63,204 nt of DNA, filler included, from Folioceros fuciformis (GCA_049999805.1; 7 parts of 7 records of this genome joined end to end with filler, not necessarily neighbours in it); one strand, 5' to 3'; numbered from the whole stretch's first letter, positions 1 to 13,106 are shown. Made by a program: numbers and translations. Notes: generated by a model from the letters alone, not told the origin.

Positions 1-99
1 TCACTCAAGGTGAAGGGGATGCTGCTTGCTGGTTTGAGAACCCTTTTCGAAAGCTAAATGAACTAGAGGTCTGAAGAGACAAGAACGTGGGCATTCGTA

Positions 100-1384
100 T
101 CAAGAAGCCTTCATGTCGTCAAGACCGACACTTTTCTGCATGCACAAAGGTAGAGTACTCTCTCAGTACCCCGCATATGTGCTTCAAACTCACAGACACT
201 TGTCCTAAAGCAGTAACACTAACCAAAAACTTGTGGTTCTCTTGGAGCAGCGGTGCAAAAGACGAAACAAAGCTCTCGATGTCAGCATTCAGATTGCCAC
301 CTCCAAGTAGGTCGATGAACTTTTTCCTGTCCGGGACAAGCTTCATTGCCATCTGAAGAAAGAATAAAACCATCAGTACGGAAACCCATAGTCCTAGTCT
401 GGTCTCCCTGAAGAGATTAACAGATCCTGACTTTTAACGGTGTCAGCAAGTTTCACGAGCTCACAGTAAAGGCTGCACTGGCAATCCAGCCATGCCATTT
501 CTTAAGGGTGGAGCCGTATGCTTCATTGGCAGCTTGACTCATTGTCCAGTCAGGATGGGCTAACAGGTTATGAAACAGCTCCACCAAGAAATCCATCGCC
601 CTGACCATGTTGGAATACCCGGTAAGAGCGTTGCAGGAAAAACTATGCGAGTTTTGCCTGGCAACACTCGCATAGCGTTAAATGTACCACAAGACCCTAG
701 TCCTCCGCTGGAAACCCTTTGCTGCTTTGCCATAGTTGTGCACAAGAGTGGAGATCGCACCTAGTTAACCACAAAAGAGCATTGCTGCAACTCGAAGAGT
801 CCTTCGCCCTTCCAGCAGCTATTTCCCTCTTAATGATGTCATACAGCTTCTCGTACGCAGCATTGTCGGAATCATATCGCTGATCTAGTCTCTGTTAACA
901 ATCACACAAAAAACGCAAGAGATTTAAGCAATCGTTCAACCTGAAGAGAGCAACTGGTGCAGGTGATAGAAAGCAGATCACATCACAGATACCATACCGA
1001 AATGTTGCCTCCGACATCACTCTTCACCATTGCCATGGCTGTCCCGAACTTATCTGCAACACACAACAGATTGCTAATCGTAATCCATCATCCTTGCACG
1101 ATGCCGATCGACTAAACAGTGCTAGGTTACATTGCGAATAACTGATCTGCGTACAGGCTGTACAGAATTGCAGAAACAGCACAGGCTGTGATTCTCTTTC
1201 AATTTTTCCTCTTACAACCGACTCCAGATCCATGGTAGGGTATCCTGGCGGGAGATGAGGCAATACCAATTACAGGCAGCACAAGGCGGCAGACGTCAAG
1301 GAATGGCTTGGTGAGCACGTCTCCAGCAGGTGACCGGGCCCGCGGAATAGACTCTAAGGCAGGAGCAAACACCGTATCCGCCAT
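100..1384 (-). CDS. GLTP1: Glycolipid transfer protein (GLTP), 6 exons
   Basis: Manual splicing at GT-AG junctions gives MADTVFAPALE...TKPFLDVCRLVLPVIDKFGTAMAMVKSDVGGNISRL...NALLWLTRAMDFL...TLKKWHGW...AMKLVPDRKKF...LQENHKFLKSVGLDDMKAS*, containing the GLTP motifs DxxGN, LLWLxR and LKKWHGW. ATG at 1384-1382, TGA at 102-100. Confidence 0.92.
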
Positions 1385-1747
1385 GCTGACGGATGCGACA
1401 GCACAAGCGGCCGATCCTCGTCCAAGAGTCGCTTAACTCTGCCTGCCGGATCCGACCAGCTCTGTACGCTGGGTCCGTCCGTCTCTAAACAAAATCAGGG
1501 ATCTGGCAACTGGGCTGGTGGTGATGTTGGAAAATCAGCTTCACAGGGATCCTATCAAAATCACACTTTTGCGCTTCCAATGCCAGTCCACAGCATCGGG
1601 GGCAATGGCGAAGAAAATTGAGAGTCCAGCGCCCAGAAATGGTATGGCACAAGAGAACGGAAGAAGGTTGAGAGAAACACTTCCCGTTCCGTTGTTTAAC
1701 TTGGATAAGCAATTACTGTAGGTGAGTGATAGAAAGTACAGCATGTT

Positions 1748-4469
1748 TCATTTTCGTGCATTCTTGGATGTGGCACAAATAAGAAGGTAGGAGAGAACCC
1801 TATAGGCAACAACGAAACCAGCTAAAATAGCTACATTTTGCCATAGGTGCACCGAGCCAACAGATGAGGCTTCCAGAATGTCTTGAGAGGTGGTGCCAGC
1901 CTGCTCATCCCAGATTTTTCCGTCCAGACTCCCAAATTCGTTCTTCAGCAGAGCCTCGTATGCGTATTTGAAGATGGAGAGGTAGTGCACCCACATCCAG
2001 TAAACAGGAATGCTCTTTCTGCATCACATACCACATGAGAAGTAGAAGGCAAAACCACAACAGCTTCAGAGAACTGTGACATAAGCTGCCTAACCTAGGA
2101 AGGAAGTAGCCCGAGAATAGGAGGAAATACGAGAAGACGGCAGCTGCCACTCCATTGCCAACGAGGAAGCTCGGAGCAACAGTGGCCACAGCCGCAACCA
2201 TGGCATTCGCAGCTGCAATGGCAAGGAATAGAACCAGCACAAAGACGAAAAATGGTACAGCGCTGGGTACCAAGCCCACCATGAAGTAGGAGATCGCTGT
2301 GAATAGGAGGGACAGGAGAAAGAAGAGAGGGATGAAGACCAAAGAGTGGGCCAGAGCGTATGACGATTTTCGGTATGCACCCTTGGATGTCTCTCTCTCA
2401 AAAATCTGCCTCTCGCTCAGTAGAACAGGAATGGCCATGTTCGATGAGAAGATGAAGACTGCCAAAGTGAAGGAAAAGAATCCTTGTCGTTTCAAAGCAC
2501 CAGCCATGTCCCCCTGCACGTGGAGGAAGATTGAGCCAAGGATAATTGCTCCTGTGACCTGCAGGGCTCCCGTTCCACCCATCATTGTTAGCTGGAAACA
2601 AGTACCCCAGCAGGCAAGTCAGACTACGACTGAAGAATGAGAACCTTGATAAAAATTTGCGATGCTAAAAGGTCTTTGGTGCGGAATATGATCTTGGCTG
2701 TCCGAAGTATCAACCAGAATGTTTCAGCCTGGAAGGAAGTAGCAAACTTGTGGCTAGGGAAAGATTTGATAACTGAATCTGATTCACGTCTCCTGGTGGC
2801 ATGCACATCCCAAATGGGTTCTTTCTGACAGCTCATCCGATTCCTCGTCTGAACAAGCGGGCGTCCGACATTTGTAAGAGGAATGCCAGAGCTTGACCAT
2901 CGCCCTGTATGAAGAGAAGCGGTGAAGATGGCAGACCTGAAACGAAGTTATCAGGTACTTAAGTGTTTCAGGGTTGTCCTGGCACTCCCTCACTTGGTCA
3001 ATGGCATACTCCACCACATTAACCTGCACATCATTGGCTCCTTCTGCGAGCAGTTAGTGAGCTCACATGGCATTCAGGCGGAATAGGTGTGCAGGCTGCA
3101 ACCACTGTGTCTTACATGGTGTGGCATGGGAGCAGCTGGGTGGTGTCCTTGGATGTGAATGCCACTGAAGTACTCTGGCATCTCTTCATAAGGTCCGTGG
3201 TACACAACATGGCCTCGAGCAAGCACCAAAACCTGATGTATGAGACCGAGGATGCGGTAGCTGGGCTGGTGTATCGTAAGAACAATGGTTCTTTTTCGCT
3301 CCTCTGTCAAGCTGTAAAGGATTTGCATGAGCTGGAAAGCGGACGTGCTGTCCAGGCCGGATGTAGGCTCGTCCATGAGTATGACCGCGGGGTCATGAAT
3401 TAGCTCGACCCCGATGGATATCCGTCGCCTCTCTCCTCCAGAAACTCCTTTCATCTGCAGTGCCAGAAAGCGACAAGAACTTACTTTCCACCGCTGCGTC
3501 CTCCTGCTCACATGACTGAAACTGCTGCAGCGGTTTAAGGAGACGTTACCAATTCGTTGCCAACGTAAGTGTTGGCACACTGGCTGAGTCTGAGTTGCCG
3601 TATGATGGCCTCCACCCTGCGGCGCTTCTCCTCTTGCGTCACCTTCGCAGGCAGCCTCACTCGGGCACTAAACATGAGCGTCTCGAAAGTGGTGAGTGTA
3701 GGAAAGAGAGCATCATCCTGTGTGACGTACTGTGAGATTTTGTGGAAATTCTGGTCTACCGGCATTCCGTTGACGAACATAACCCCTTCCAGCCTGTCCC
3801 ATCGGATGCGGCCTGCCATTGCATCCAGCAATGTTGTCTTGGAGGAGCCAGATGGTCCTACAACGGCCAAAATCTCGCCATGCTTGGCCTGGAAAGTGAT
3901 ATCGTTCAGTAGAACCTTGTCCCTCCTTTTGGCTCGATACTGGTCCCGACTCCACATGGAAAACTCGGATTGTTGTGTCTCCACCACCTGAAGGCAGCTC
4001 ACTTGCACATGTCATTCTCGACTTGCTCTTCACACACATACTCGGATGGCAACCGATGGGATCCACACCAAATCCCTTCAGGACCACTCTCAGGATGTAT
4101 ATGTATATATCAGAAATGCCCGTGTACCTTGTAGGTGAGATTGAGGACGAAGATGTCGTAGGTCGGGCCATCCAGTGAAGTTGCCGATTCATACTCTGAT
4201 CCCAGGTAGTCAGACACAGGGCCCGAATGGAACAAGTGACTGGTTCGGAACGTGAAGTTGCTTTGGCGAATCAAGTCGGGGCCCAGAGGAAGAAGGAGGC
4301 CAGAATTGGACACACTTGCGCTCAATGCGGACTCGTACTCGGAACAGCGGGGGCTGTTTCCCCCAGTCAGATAGGCTACGCTGTCGGAGTAGCAGAGGTC
4401 ATCGCTGCTGGCGAGCGAGATGGTGCGGCTGTGTGTTAAATCTGGTAATTGAAGCTCCACGCTCTTCAT
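1748..4469 (-). CDS. ABCG: Half-size ABCG (WBC) transporter, NBD-TMD, about 7 exons
   Basis: Walker A-like [10 protein letters not shown]-loop YVTQDD, signature [12 protein letters not shown], Walker [14 protein letters not shown]-loop TIHQPS, followed by an ABC2 membrane domain ([35 protein letters not shown]). Approximate exons 4469-4128, 3987-3550, 3454-3116, 3023-2939, ~2850-2645, 2558-2095, 2018-1748. Confidence 0.92.
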
Positions 4470-4968
4470 GCCGCCCCGGCTTCGCTCCAGTCCCGCACTG
4501 CATGAGCTTCCTCGATATTCTGTTTCAACTCCTGCAGGTTGCTCAACAATAGTGTTGCTGCTGCTGCTGCATACATCAGATCGAATGTGCCAAAGATTTC
4601 ATCCTCTGGAGACCTGAAACATCATCCTATGACGCAGAGGTGTTTCACGTGATGTGTCTGCCCGTCGGAGCAGAAAGCGTGTCGTGTCTCCTGTGTGGTT
4701 GAGGCACTTTGCAGAGCTGAAGTCGATGCGGGAGGTTGTTTGAAAGCCACTGGCTGCCGGCGGATTGTACAAGCTTGCATGTGGTTAAGCATGTCACAAT
4801 CTACGTACGATGCCGCTCGCCTGCTATGAATGTTACAGCTATTTGTTCAAACGAGCAAACAAGGTGGGTGAGCATCGCTGGATGGACGAGGACAGCGTCC
4901 TGTCGGTAAGTTAGTGGCGTGACAAATTCTCTGACTCGTAACTGCTGCCGTTGAAATGCAATCACAGA

Positions 4969-4988
4969 CTATGTACATATGTACATAG
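4969..4988. repeat. Perfect 20-bp palindrome CTATGTACATATGTACATAG with two GTAC cores
   Basis: Read directly; identical to its reverse complement. Lies about 500 bp upstream of the ABCG ATG. Confidence 0.85.
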
Positions 4989-5215
4989 CTCGTCTCGAAC
5001 GCAATGCATCCCGTGCAGTTGTACATACAATGTGCCAACCCAGTTGAGAAGGACAGCGTAAATGATCCAGGACGCGATACACTGGACATTTACTGCACAT
5101 GGACTCTGAAGCTTCCGACACTCGACACTGTTGCAACGAACACGTCGTGAGAGATACGCATGAGAATTGGCACGTTCCTAGGACCAGAATAGGGTACAAC
5201 ACAACGGCAGCTAGC

Positions 5216-5929
5216 TTAGCCCTTCAGAATGGGTGCCACAGGAACGAAGAGATTGCTCTCTCCGGCTTCAAGGCGATGTAACACATCGGGATACATAGCT
5301 CTTCTCATGGCTTGATAGACGCCCTTATCCCAGTTTCGAGCAGCCAGAGCTTCTGCCTCCTTCAAAGCTTCCTCCACTGTGGTGTCAGGGTCATCAAACA
5401 CAGCATCTACCAAAGCGGCATCCAAAGCCATCTTCCCTGTATACTTGACGCACTTGAGCACTGCATTTCAGTAGACCGAGGGAGTCATCTTGCTGCGGAG
5501 AAGTGCCAGTGATCCAGCAGGGATGGCTACGTTCACATCAACGGCACTGGAGTAGAGGAACCCTCGGTCTGCTCTCATAAACCTGTGATCATGAGCCATG
5601 GCCAGCAAGAAGCCCCCACCAGCAGCATGGCCCGAGATGGCCGCGATGGTTGGCACATTCATGTCCATCAGAGCTAGCACCACCTTCTCGAACTGCTCGT
5701 AAAGGAGGGGTCCCCTTGACTCAGGATCGTCAGAGATCCATTCCAGGTCCAGGCCGTTGCTGTAGAATTTGCCTTCGTTGGTAGTGACGAGCACCCCTGC
5801 ATCTTCTGACCTGTTCACAGTCTCTAAATGTCCAATGATCTCTGAGCAAAGAGATGGAGTCAGTCGGTGATCTCCCAGTCCCAGAAGCTTCAACACAAAC
5901 ACCTTTCCTGATTGGGTAAGGCTACACAT
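5216..5929 (-). pseudogene. ECI: Intronless delta3,delta2-enoyl-CoA isomerase-like (crotonase fold, ECI/IBR10 type) with in-frame TGA
   Basis: MCSLTQSGKVFVLKLLGLGDHRL...GKFYSNGLDL...PTIAAISGHAAGGGF...HDHRFMRADRGFLY matches plant ECI. The two ORFs in the track are in the same frame, separated only by TGA at 5470-5468 (TAC TGA AAT GCA GTG CTC). Confidence 0.8.
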
Positions 5930-6943
5930 GTTTTCAGACCGACTCACCACACGGCGGTTCCCAGGTTTCAGCGGGCCTGGCGCTGCCGTAATCCGTTTCC
6001 AGGGATTAGGGCAGACACCTAACATCAATGCAGTCGCCAACATTAGCGCTGACGAGCAGGCAACATGTGAACCATCAGAGTCGCTGGGTCTGCACTCAAT
6101 ACTAGTCTGTGACTTTCAATACTCTCCGATACGTGGACGCTCTGGGGCTATCAAAAGAAACGGGCCGTGGTGTATCCTTTCCAAAAGAGCCCCAACTCCA
6201 CAAGGTGAGTGGAAAGAGCCGGGTCTTGTCCATCTGGCTCCAGGCTTGAATTGCGACCGGACATGTGCGCCCCAGCTCTTTCACCCAGACGGACACCACG
6301 AAGTACATGGTATGATGCGAAGGGATCGCTCAATGTATTCATGCAAAGCTGATTTCCCGTAAAGCATGCCAGTGCCTTACACCTGCAGGATGATATGCAC
6401 CGGAAAATGTACTCGAGAACTCCTAAAATACGACGCTAACCACTGCATGATGACTGATTTCCAGCAGTTCAACTTCAACCTTCCCATCCCATGAGTGCCA
6501 AACTCGTTGCCCATGTAGAGCACGAGATCATCACAGTAAATTATGGTGCACCCAAAGAACTTCCTGACTTGAGAACAGGTTACCCTCCCCGTGCAACCAT
6601 CGTGGTTCCTGTACTATTCATAAGATTGGAGAGTAGCATCTGCCATTGGACAGCTATTCCTCGCCCCCTCGGTTGAATAGTATCGTACTAGGCCCTCAGT
6701 TGCGACGCTTTGCCCTGCCCCCTGACAGGAGATCTCATTAACCTGCACAAAGACGATTGGCCTATGGCCGTCAATAGGGCTCCAAAGAGGCAGCAGCTCC
6801 AAAAAAGACGAAAATAAAAAACTTCTGCAACTGCCTACCTTCAACAAAGTATACAGCGAGGACTTCGACGCATGTCAAGACCTCCTTAACGGTGGAGGAC
6901 ACGTCATCCGCCACATCAGAGAGGTTGCACACAATTTGTGCCC

Positions 6944-8423
6944 CTAAGTTTTTTTCATGGGGTACCTAAATCGGTCTAATCTACTCTTCAAAACAACTGG
7001 GAGAATTGATACCACAGCTATAATGGCTAGAGTAAATATCGTCTTCACGTCATATAAATCGCTCAGGGAATCTATCTGCGACAGGATGCTACCAGCTTTT
7101 ACAGAAATGACACCAGCAGGGATTACACCAACAAAGGTCCCAACAAAGAACTCCCTGTGTTCAAGAAACAAGTAACCCTTCAGAAATAGATAGACCACCT
7201 GCAAATTGGTCTATCTAAGGAGAAACCAGACATTGGAGAACACGGGTGTCACAACTGGGCACGGCACATTTCTAATGATAACAGCGGCAGATAAATTCAC
7301 CTGAAGGGGATAGACACAAGCGGAGATCCGACATTGATGAACCAGTTTGGCAGAAGGGGTGTTAAACGAAGAAACAGAATATAATAGAGAAGATTGTGCC
7401 GATGACGATGCACCTCCCTGGCGAACCACTCACAACGATCCGGGAAATAGTAGTATAGAATTTCCTTCAGTATCCATTTGGATAAGAAGTAGCACAATGA
7501 GGAACCCACCGATGCCAACAACTGCGGCACAGGTTCAAGAAACTCGTCAACGTAAAGGTCTGAGACATATTATTGTGTAAAATCTAAAATCCAACTCCAC
7601 AACGACAGACACACTTTTAGGTGTCACATACTACATAACTGGGACAAGCAACAAAACAGAAAACACAAACCACTGAGTGAAATCCTTAGTAGCTCATGTT
7701 ACATGAGTCACTTTGTAAACCAGGAGCCTTCCAGATGGGTATATAACACAGGCTATGACAAGAAAATGTTTGGAAAGGACATACCGTCACCAGAATTACA
7801 GCCTCATAGAAGCCATAGAGAGATCCAGCAAGAATATTCAGGAAAATGGAACCTGGTATCATATATGCCTGAAGGAAGAGATACAGACATATGACACCTA
7901 GTTGTACTTGTGTTCGGTGTTCTTTCTGGTAGAGGATCAAGGTCTTTCGCACCACTCGAAGTTGATCCAAGTCTTTAGGAACCTTGAAGAGGAGGACTGC
8001 TTCCTCCCTTTCCATACCCCTGTCCACAAGGTTTTCCGCATCTTTCTCACCACCTGCACCAACTAAGATCGTCTGTTCCTGCTCTACTTGCGGAGTTCCA
8101 ATTTTGGGAAGGGACAAAAATAGTGCAAACACCATGGAGCAGGAGACAGAGAACAGGATAGCAAGCAGCAAGACTTTGCGTATCCATAAAAAGCTCTCTG
8201 TCTTAACCGACTTCACATTCAGTAGAAGCTGTGGAGCAGTGGACGTATCGTCGTACATGGAACTAGCGTCGTCAAAAACGAGGGGACTTGGACTCTGATA
8301 TGAAACTGGCAGCGCAATGGCATGGCCTGTTACCACACTTTGCCCAACCGACCCCATTTCTGACATCTGCAACTCGAGGTCTTCATCACGACCTGCTGCT
8401 AAAGTTTGCACAACGGTCCCCAT
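6944..8423 (-). CDS. TMEM41: SNARE-associated/VTT (TMEM41/DedA family) membrane protein, 3 coding exons
   Basis: YLFLQAYMIPGSIFLNILAGSLYG and FLRLTPLLPNWFINVGSP are TMEM41-type motifs. Exons 8423-7785, 7521-7301 and 7154-6944 with GT-AG borders. The start codon is uncertain. Confidence 0.88.
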
Positions 8424-8918
8424 TCCTGCACTCTCCCCCCCTGAGGCATGAAGAAAGCCATGAATTAAGCCACAAACCAATCTGTGCATGCACACACACA
8501 AGAAACTGAAAGAGGGTTGTCGAAATGCCAAGGTCAATCGATGAGCTCTTGTTTTGACGTTTCGAAATAGGTCTGCTGAGTGGAATCAGACCGAACAAGT
8601 ATCCAGGCCTACAAGCTAAAAGGTGCAAACAATCAATTCCAATTCATGACAAGCCACATAAATCCTCCTGAATCTCGGATCCGAATCCCACGCTAAACTG
8701 GCGGTAATTCACTGCCTCACCGGAACTCTAGGTTTTCATTGACCAAAATCAGGGAATTCAATCTCTAGAAATCACAGCAGCCCATCAGCGTCATCAACAG
8801 AGAAGCGTTGTGAAGGATCACAGAACCAGGGCGTACATGCAAGTCGAAGATAGTCACCAAAATCAAACTACATTACCTCAGGCCATTGGAGTACCCGTCT
8901 CCTCAGCAGTGTAAGCAA

Positions 8919-9018
8919 NNNNNNNNNNNNNNNNNNNNNNNNNNNNNNNNNNNNNNNNNNNNTTAATTAATTAANNNNNNNNNNNNNNNNNNNNNNNNNN
9001 NNNNNNNNNNNNNNNNNN
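8919..9018. other. Artificial contig spacer
   Basis: N44-TTAATTAATTAA-N44, a six-frame stop linker. Confidence 0.98.
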
Positions 9019-12000
9019 TTCCACGGAGGTTCCTACTCAGAGTGTCTCGCCATTCTGCACCAGCTGTTGCAGAAGAAGGAGGATGATATCAAGGTCAGAT
9101 ACTCGTGGTCGTGCTTGTCCTTGTGTTCTGTCCTTATCGAACTGGTCTCTAATGCGCTGGAAGGTAGTGTTTCCGGCACTCCCAGGGCCCTACGAGGTCT
9201 GAAGGCGTTCACAGATTTTGGGTGTTAAGTTTTCACTCAGCACTAAGCTAGATCTGAGCTTTCATGGCACTTCTGGATGGGGATTAGGCTGTCGAGAATG
9301 TTCTTAACATTTCCCCATCACTCAGCCACCACCTCCTCCAATGCCACAAAGTAGCGCTTGGTAGCCCGCCTCCAGCAGCTTCTCGGCTCTCAACTGCGAA
9401 GTCTCTTATTTCTGCGCATCGATTGATTTTCGTCGTCGTCTTCGTGGCAGGTTCAACACAACATCGCTTTGGCTGAGTTCTACAGGGATGGATGCAGCGA
9501 TCCCCAGAAGTTGTTGGACACTCTGGCCAGGTTGAAGGTAGGACGCTGCCGTTTAGCTGCGGTCTCACCTTTCTCCTTAACTAGGTTCTCTGCTCTCTCA
9601 TCTACTGTGTCACATTTAGTGGCCCCGTGTTTTGCTTTCAGATATTCACCTCTCGGCTGATAGGAATTTCTGTAACAGTCCTTCGCCAGTAGCGACAGAC
9701 AATCCAAAACTGAGGAGCATGCAAGGTCTGCCGAGGAACAAGCAGATGTTGCTGGATCAACACCAGGTAGACTATCTGGCCTCACTGCTGGTGGAAACAT
9801 GAATTGTGGACAGTATCCGCGTTCTTAACTACTTCTCGTCGGGCAGATGCCCCATTGCCTGCAGAGGACTACGACAGTTCCGCTCTATCCTTAAATACTG
9901 TGAGCCTTTCCTACACTTGTTGCGTATCAAAGGTCCAGGTTTTTGGTGTGTTGATGTTGCAGATCTCTTGTGCTAAATCTTGTCCACATGCATGACAATC
10001 TTTTTGTGCAGGCAGTTATCTTCTTTCACATGCGTCAGTATACAAAGGCTCTGGCCATATTAGAGCTCTTGTATCGTAACATAGAGCCCATCGAAGAGGT
10101 ACATTCTTACTGGGCTGTTGTAGGAGTCAGCTTTGTCAAAACCAGCTTGTTTGTTTTAATTTTAAGGTATGTCATTTTGATTCCAGTCTGCCTGCAGACA
10201 GCTGCGTTGCGGATCTGTCAGATGATTTTGGAGATCACTTTGTCCTCTGGCCAACCTGCAAAAGCTGCAGTGAGTAAAGGCAGCCTGTGTTTGTTTTCAC
10301 ACCAATTGGTGCACCTTTTTACCTCGCGGACAGGTCATTTTACGGCAATGCAAAAGCTTGATGATTCATCTTCTGTTTTTCGTGCAGGCAGTATTACAGT
10401 ACATGGAGAAGGTATTTGGGGGTCTCCAGTCATCCGGAGAGAGTGGTACTTCTGCCCAAGCTCAACCGCCCATTTTAACAGTTTCTCAGTCTGCTACCGC
10501 TACCGTAGTTCCGGGATCATCGGGAACTGCTGAGAACAGTTTTGCTAGTAGTTCAACATCGGGTACTTCTTCCTTAATAGCCAGTCCAAATGGAGAAACG
10601 GGGCTTATTAGAACTTCATCCGAGGAAGTTCTGGATGAGGAGGCCTTGAGCATTGAATTGGAGATTGAAGGCTCCCATGGTGTCAGATCTGCACCATTGC
10701 CGAAAGGTGTCCCACGGGCTTCTGGTGTGCAGAAACCTTCACCTGCTGTAGTGGAGTCGAGGCTGGCAATTCATTTATACAAGGTTCGTCTGCTACTTCT
10801 GACTCGAAATTTCAAGGCTGCCAAAAGAGAAGTGAAAGCAGCTTTAAACATATCACGAGACAATCTGGCTGCTCTTGTATTGAAAGCTCAGTTGGAGTAC
10901 TGTCGAGCTAATTATCGCAAGGCCATAAAGATACTGACCACATGTAACAGTCGCGCTGAAGGGATTCCGAGGGCCATGTTTCTATCAAATCTTGGATGTA
11001 TACATCACAGGATCCACAAGGATCATGTTGCTAGCTTCTACTTTTTGAAGGCACTCCAAAGTTGTCCCCAAGCCAAAGCAGGGAAGAATGTGGATCTAAT
11101 GACATTTTCTGAGGACAAATCGCTTTCTATTCTGTACAATGCAGGGCTGCAACGGCTAGCCTGTGGTGATCCGGTGCTGGCATCCAAGTGTTTGCAGGAA
11201 GCTGCATGCCTCTTCTACAATCAGCCAGTGCTGTGGCTCCGCCTTGCGGAGTGCACCATTGTGGCTCTGGAGAAGGGTTTGTTGGATGCCCCTACCCCAG
11301 CTTTCCCTGCCAAAAGGGAGGAGTTGAGAGTGTCCATTGTTGGAGACGGTAAGCTGAGAAGGGTGATTCTACCCAGTGGATCATTGAATCCAACATTGAA
11401 GCACTCTGGTAGCTGGGAGCCAGTGTTTGAGGAAATACACACTAGCTCTGGGCAGCCAGATATTGAGGGACCGGAAGGGTCTCTGCCATTTGGCAAGCCG
11501 CACAAGCTGACGATGACGTTTGCCAGGCAGTGCTTGAGGAATGCCTTGTTTTTGCTCACGCGCTTACAAGCCAGAGATGTTGGAAGCCCAGCAACTGCAG
11601 ATGCGAAGGAGGGCGACGATGGCATGGGGGGTGTGCAAGAGCAGGGTGCTGAGGTGAAGGGCTCGTGTAGTTTGGCGGGGCAGGGTAACCCAGACAGTGA
11701 TTTGAAAGAAAGCAAAGTATTTGCTGGTGCGACAGGCAGCATCGCGTCCGCCATTGCAGCGTATGAAGAAGAAAGGCGAAAGGAGAACTCGTATGTGCGT
11801 CAATTGGTGCTGGCGAACTTATCATACGTGGAGTTGTGTCTAGAAAATCCAGTGGTAGCTCTTGCTACTGCCAGAACTATACTTGCTCAAGCGGACAGTG
11901 TGAAGATGCTGACATTTCTTGCCCACATGTATGCAGCGGAGTCATTGTGTATGTTGGACCGCACCAAGGAAGCTGCCGAACACATAGCCAAGTGTATGGA

Positions 12001-12427
12001 AGACAATAGTATGGCAGAGACATCCTCGCATTCTGCTGACGATGAAGGCACATCAAAATGGAGAAGTGGTGACAATAGTGAGGCGAGCGTGGATGTTGAT
12101 GACGTTAATCCTGATGTCTCAAGCCCTAAAATAAGGGCGGAAACCCTGCATCCTGCATCTTCTGATCTGTCTAAGCTGACAGGTCCACGAGCTCGAGCCT
12201 CTTTGTACGTAAATTTGGCTGCTATACACATCATGCAGGGCGAGCTGGAGCAGGCATATCACATGGCTACTCAGGCAGCTGCACTATGGCCTGAAAGCCC
12301 TGCGTCCACTTTGTCGGTGGTTTTTGTACACCTGTCTAGAGGGCAGACGGAGGAGGCCATTTCATTGTTGAAGAGTTGTCGAAGTTTGTACGTGGTCCCC
12401 AAATCTGCGTACTGGACGAAAGACTGA
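9019..12427 (+). CDS. CNOT10: CCR4-NOT complex subunit 10 (TPR protein), 5' end truncated by the contig edge
   Basis: FHGGSYSECLAILHQLLQKKEDDIK|VQHNIALAEFYRDGCSDP..., LYRNIEPIEE, LVLKAQLEYCRANYRKAIKIL, YNAGLQ, PVLWLRLAEC and LANLSYVEL are typical plant NOT10 segments. Long final exon 10388-12427. Confidence 0.9.
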
Positions 12428-12976
12428 ATGTGGCAGGGATCTTAGGTTAGCTAGCTATTCATGTTCCCCAGAGTTCCTTTGATTTTGTAACATAATTGTC
12501 GATACAAAGGCAGGCGCATTTGGAGGCATCAGCTTCACCACTGTGGTTGCAAGAAAGAGGTAAGTTTTCCCAGGTGGAAGGTGTCGTCTGTGTGCAAACA
12601 GAGGCTAAGTAGTACATATATGCGTGCCTTATTTGTGGTCGACTGAGCCAGCAAGCATTCGCGATCCACTCCATTGCTCCTCTGGCCTCACAAAAAAATA
12701 TCCTTCTGACTGTGCACGACCGAGATAACTCTGGGGGATTCTGGAATAAGTGACCCACGGGTATTCCGACCCTGCGTGGTTCCAAAGCGTAGGGGGGAAA
12801 GATTTGGTCGGTACGCTGACAGAAACTGTCTCCTCCTCTATATAGGAAACAAAGGAGGGACAAAAAGTCCGTCAGTCGTGGAGAAAAACCCACCGAAGAT
12901 CCCCCTGGCGACGGAGAGCTAAACGCCCGCGTTTGTCTACGTGCATGTCTCGATATAATGCTCAGTTTTAAGTCGA

Positions 12977-13106
12977 GCCCAATGATGAACATGTAATGGG
13001 TATCAATTTTAAACGCAAACATGGAAGAGGAATACTCATTTGGAACCAGTGCCCAATAATGACCATGTAACGGATATCAGTTCTAAACGTAAACATGGAA
13101 GAGGAA
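12977..13106. repeat. Two diverged 56-bp direct repeats, period 74 bp
   Basis: 12977-13032 versus 13051-13106, 7 mismatches in 56 by manual comparison. Confidence 0.85.

Noticed and set aside
5212-5220. Out-of-frame GCT AAG CTA (AKL) as a relic PTS1 at the ECI-like C-terminus
   Set aside because: Needs a frameshift and is not followed by a stop codon, so it may be chance.
5468-5470. TGA as selenocysteine or a U-to-C editing site
   Set aside because: Land plants lack Sec machinery, the position corresponds to Arg rather than Cys, and plant U-to-C editing is organellar while this gene is nuclear.
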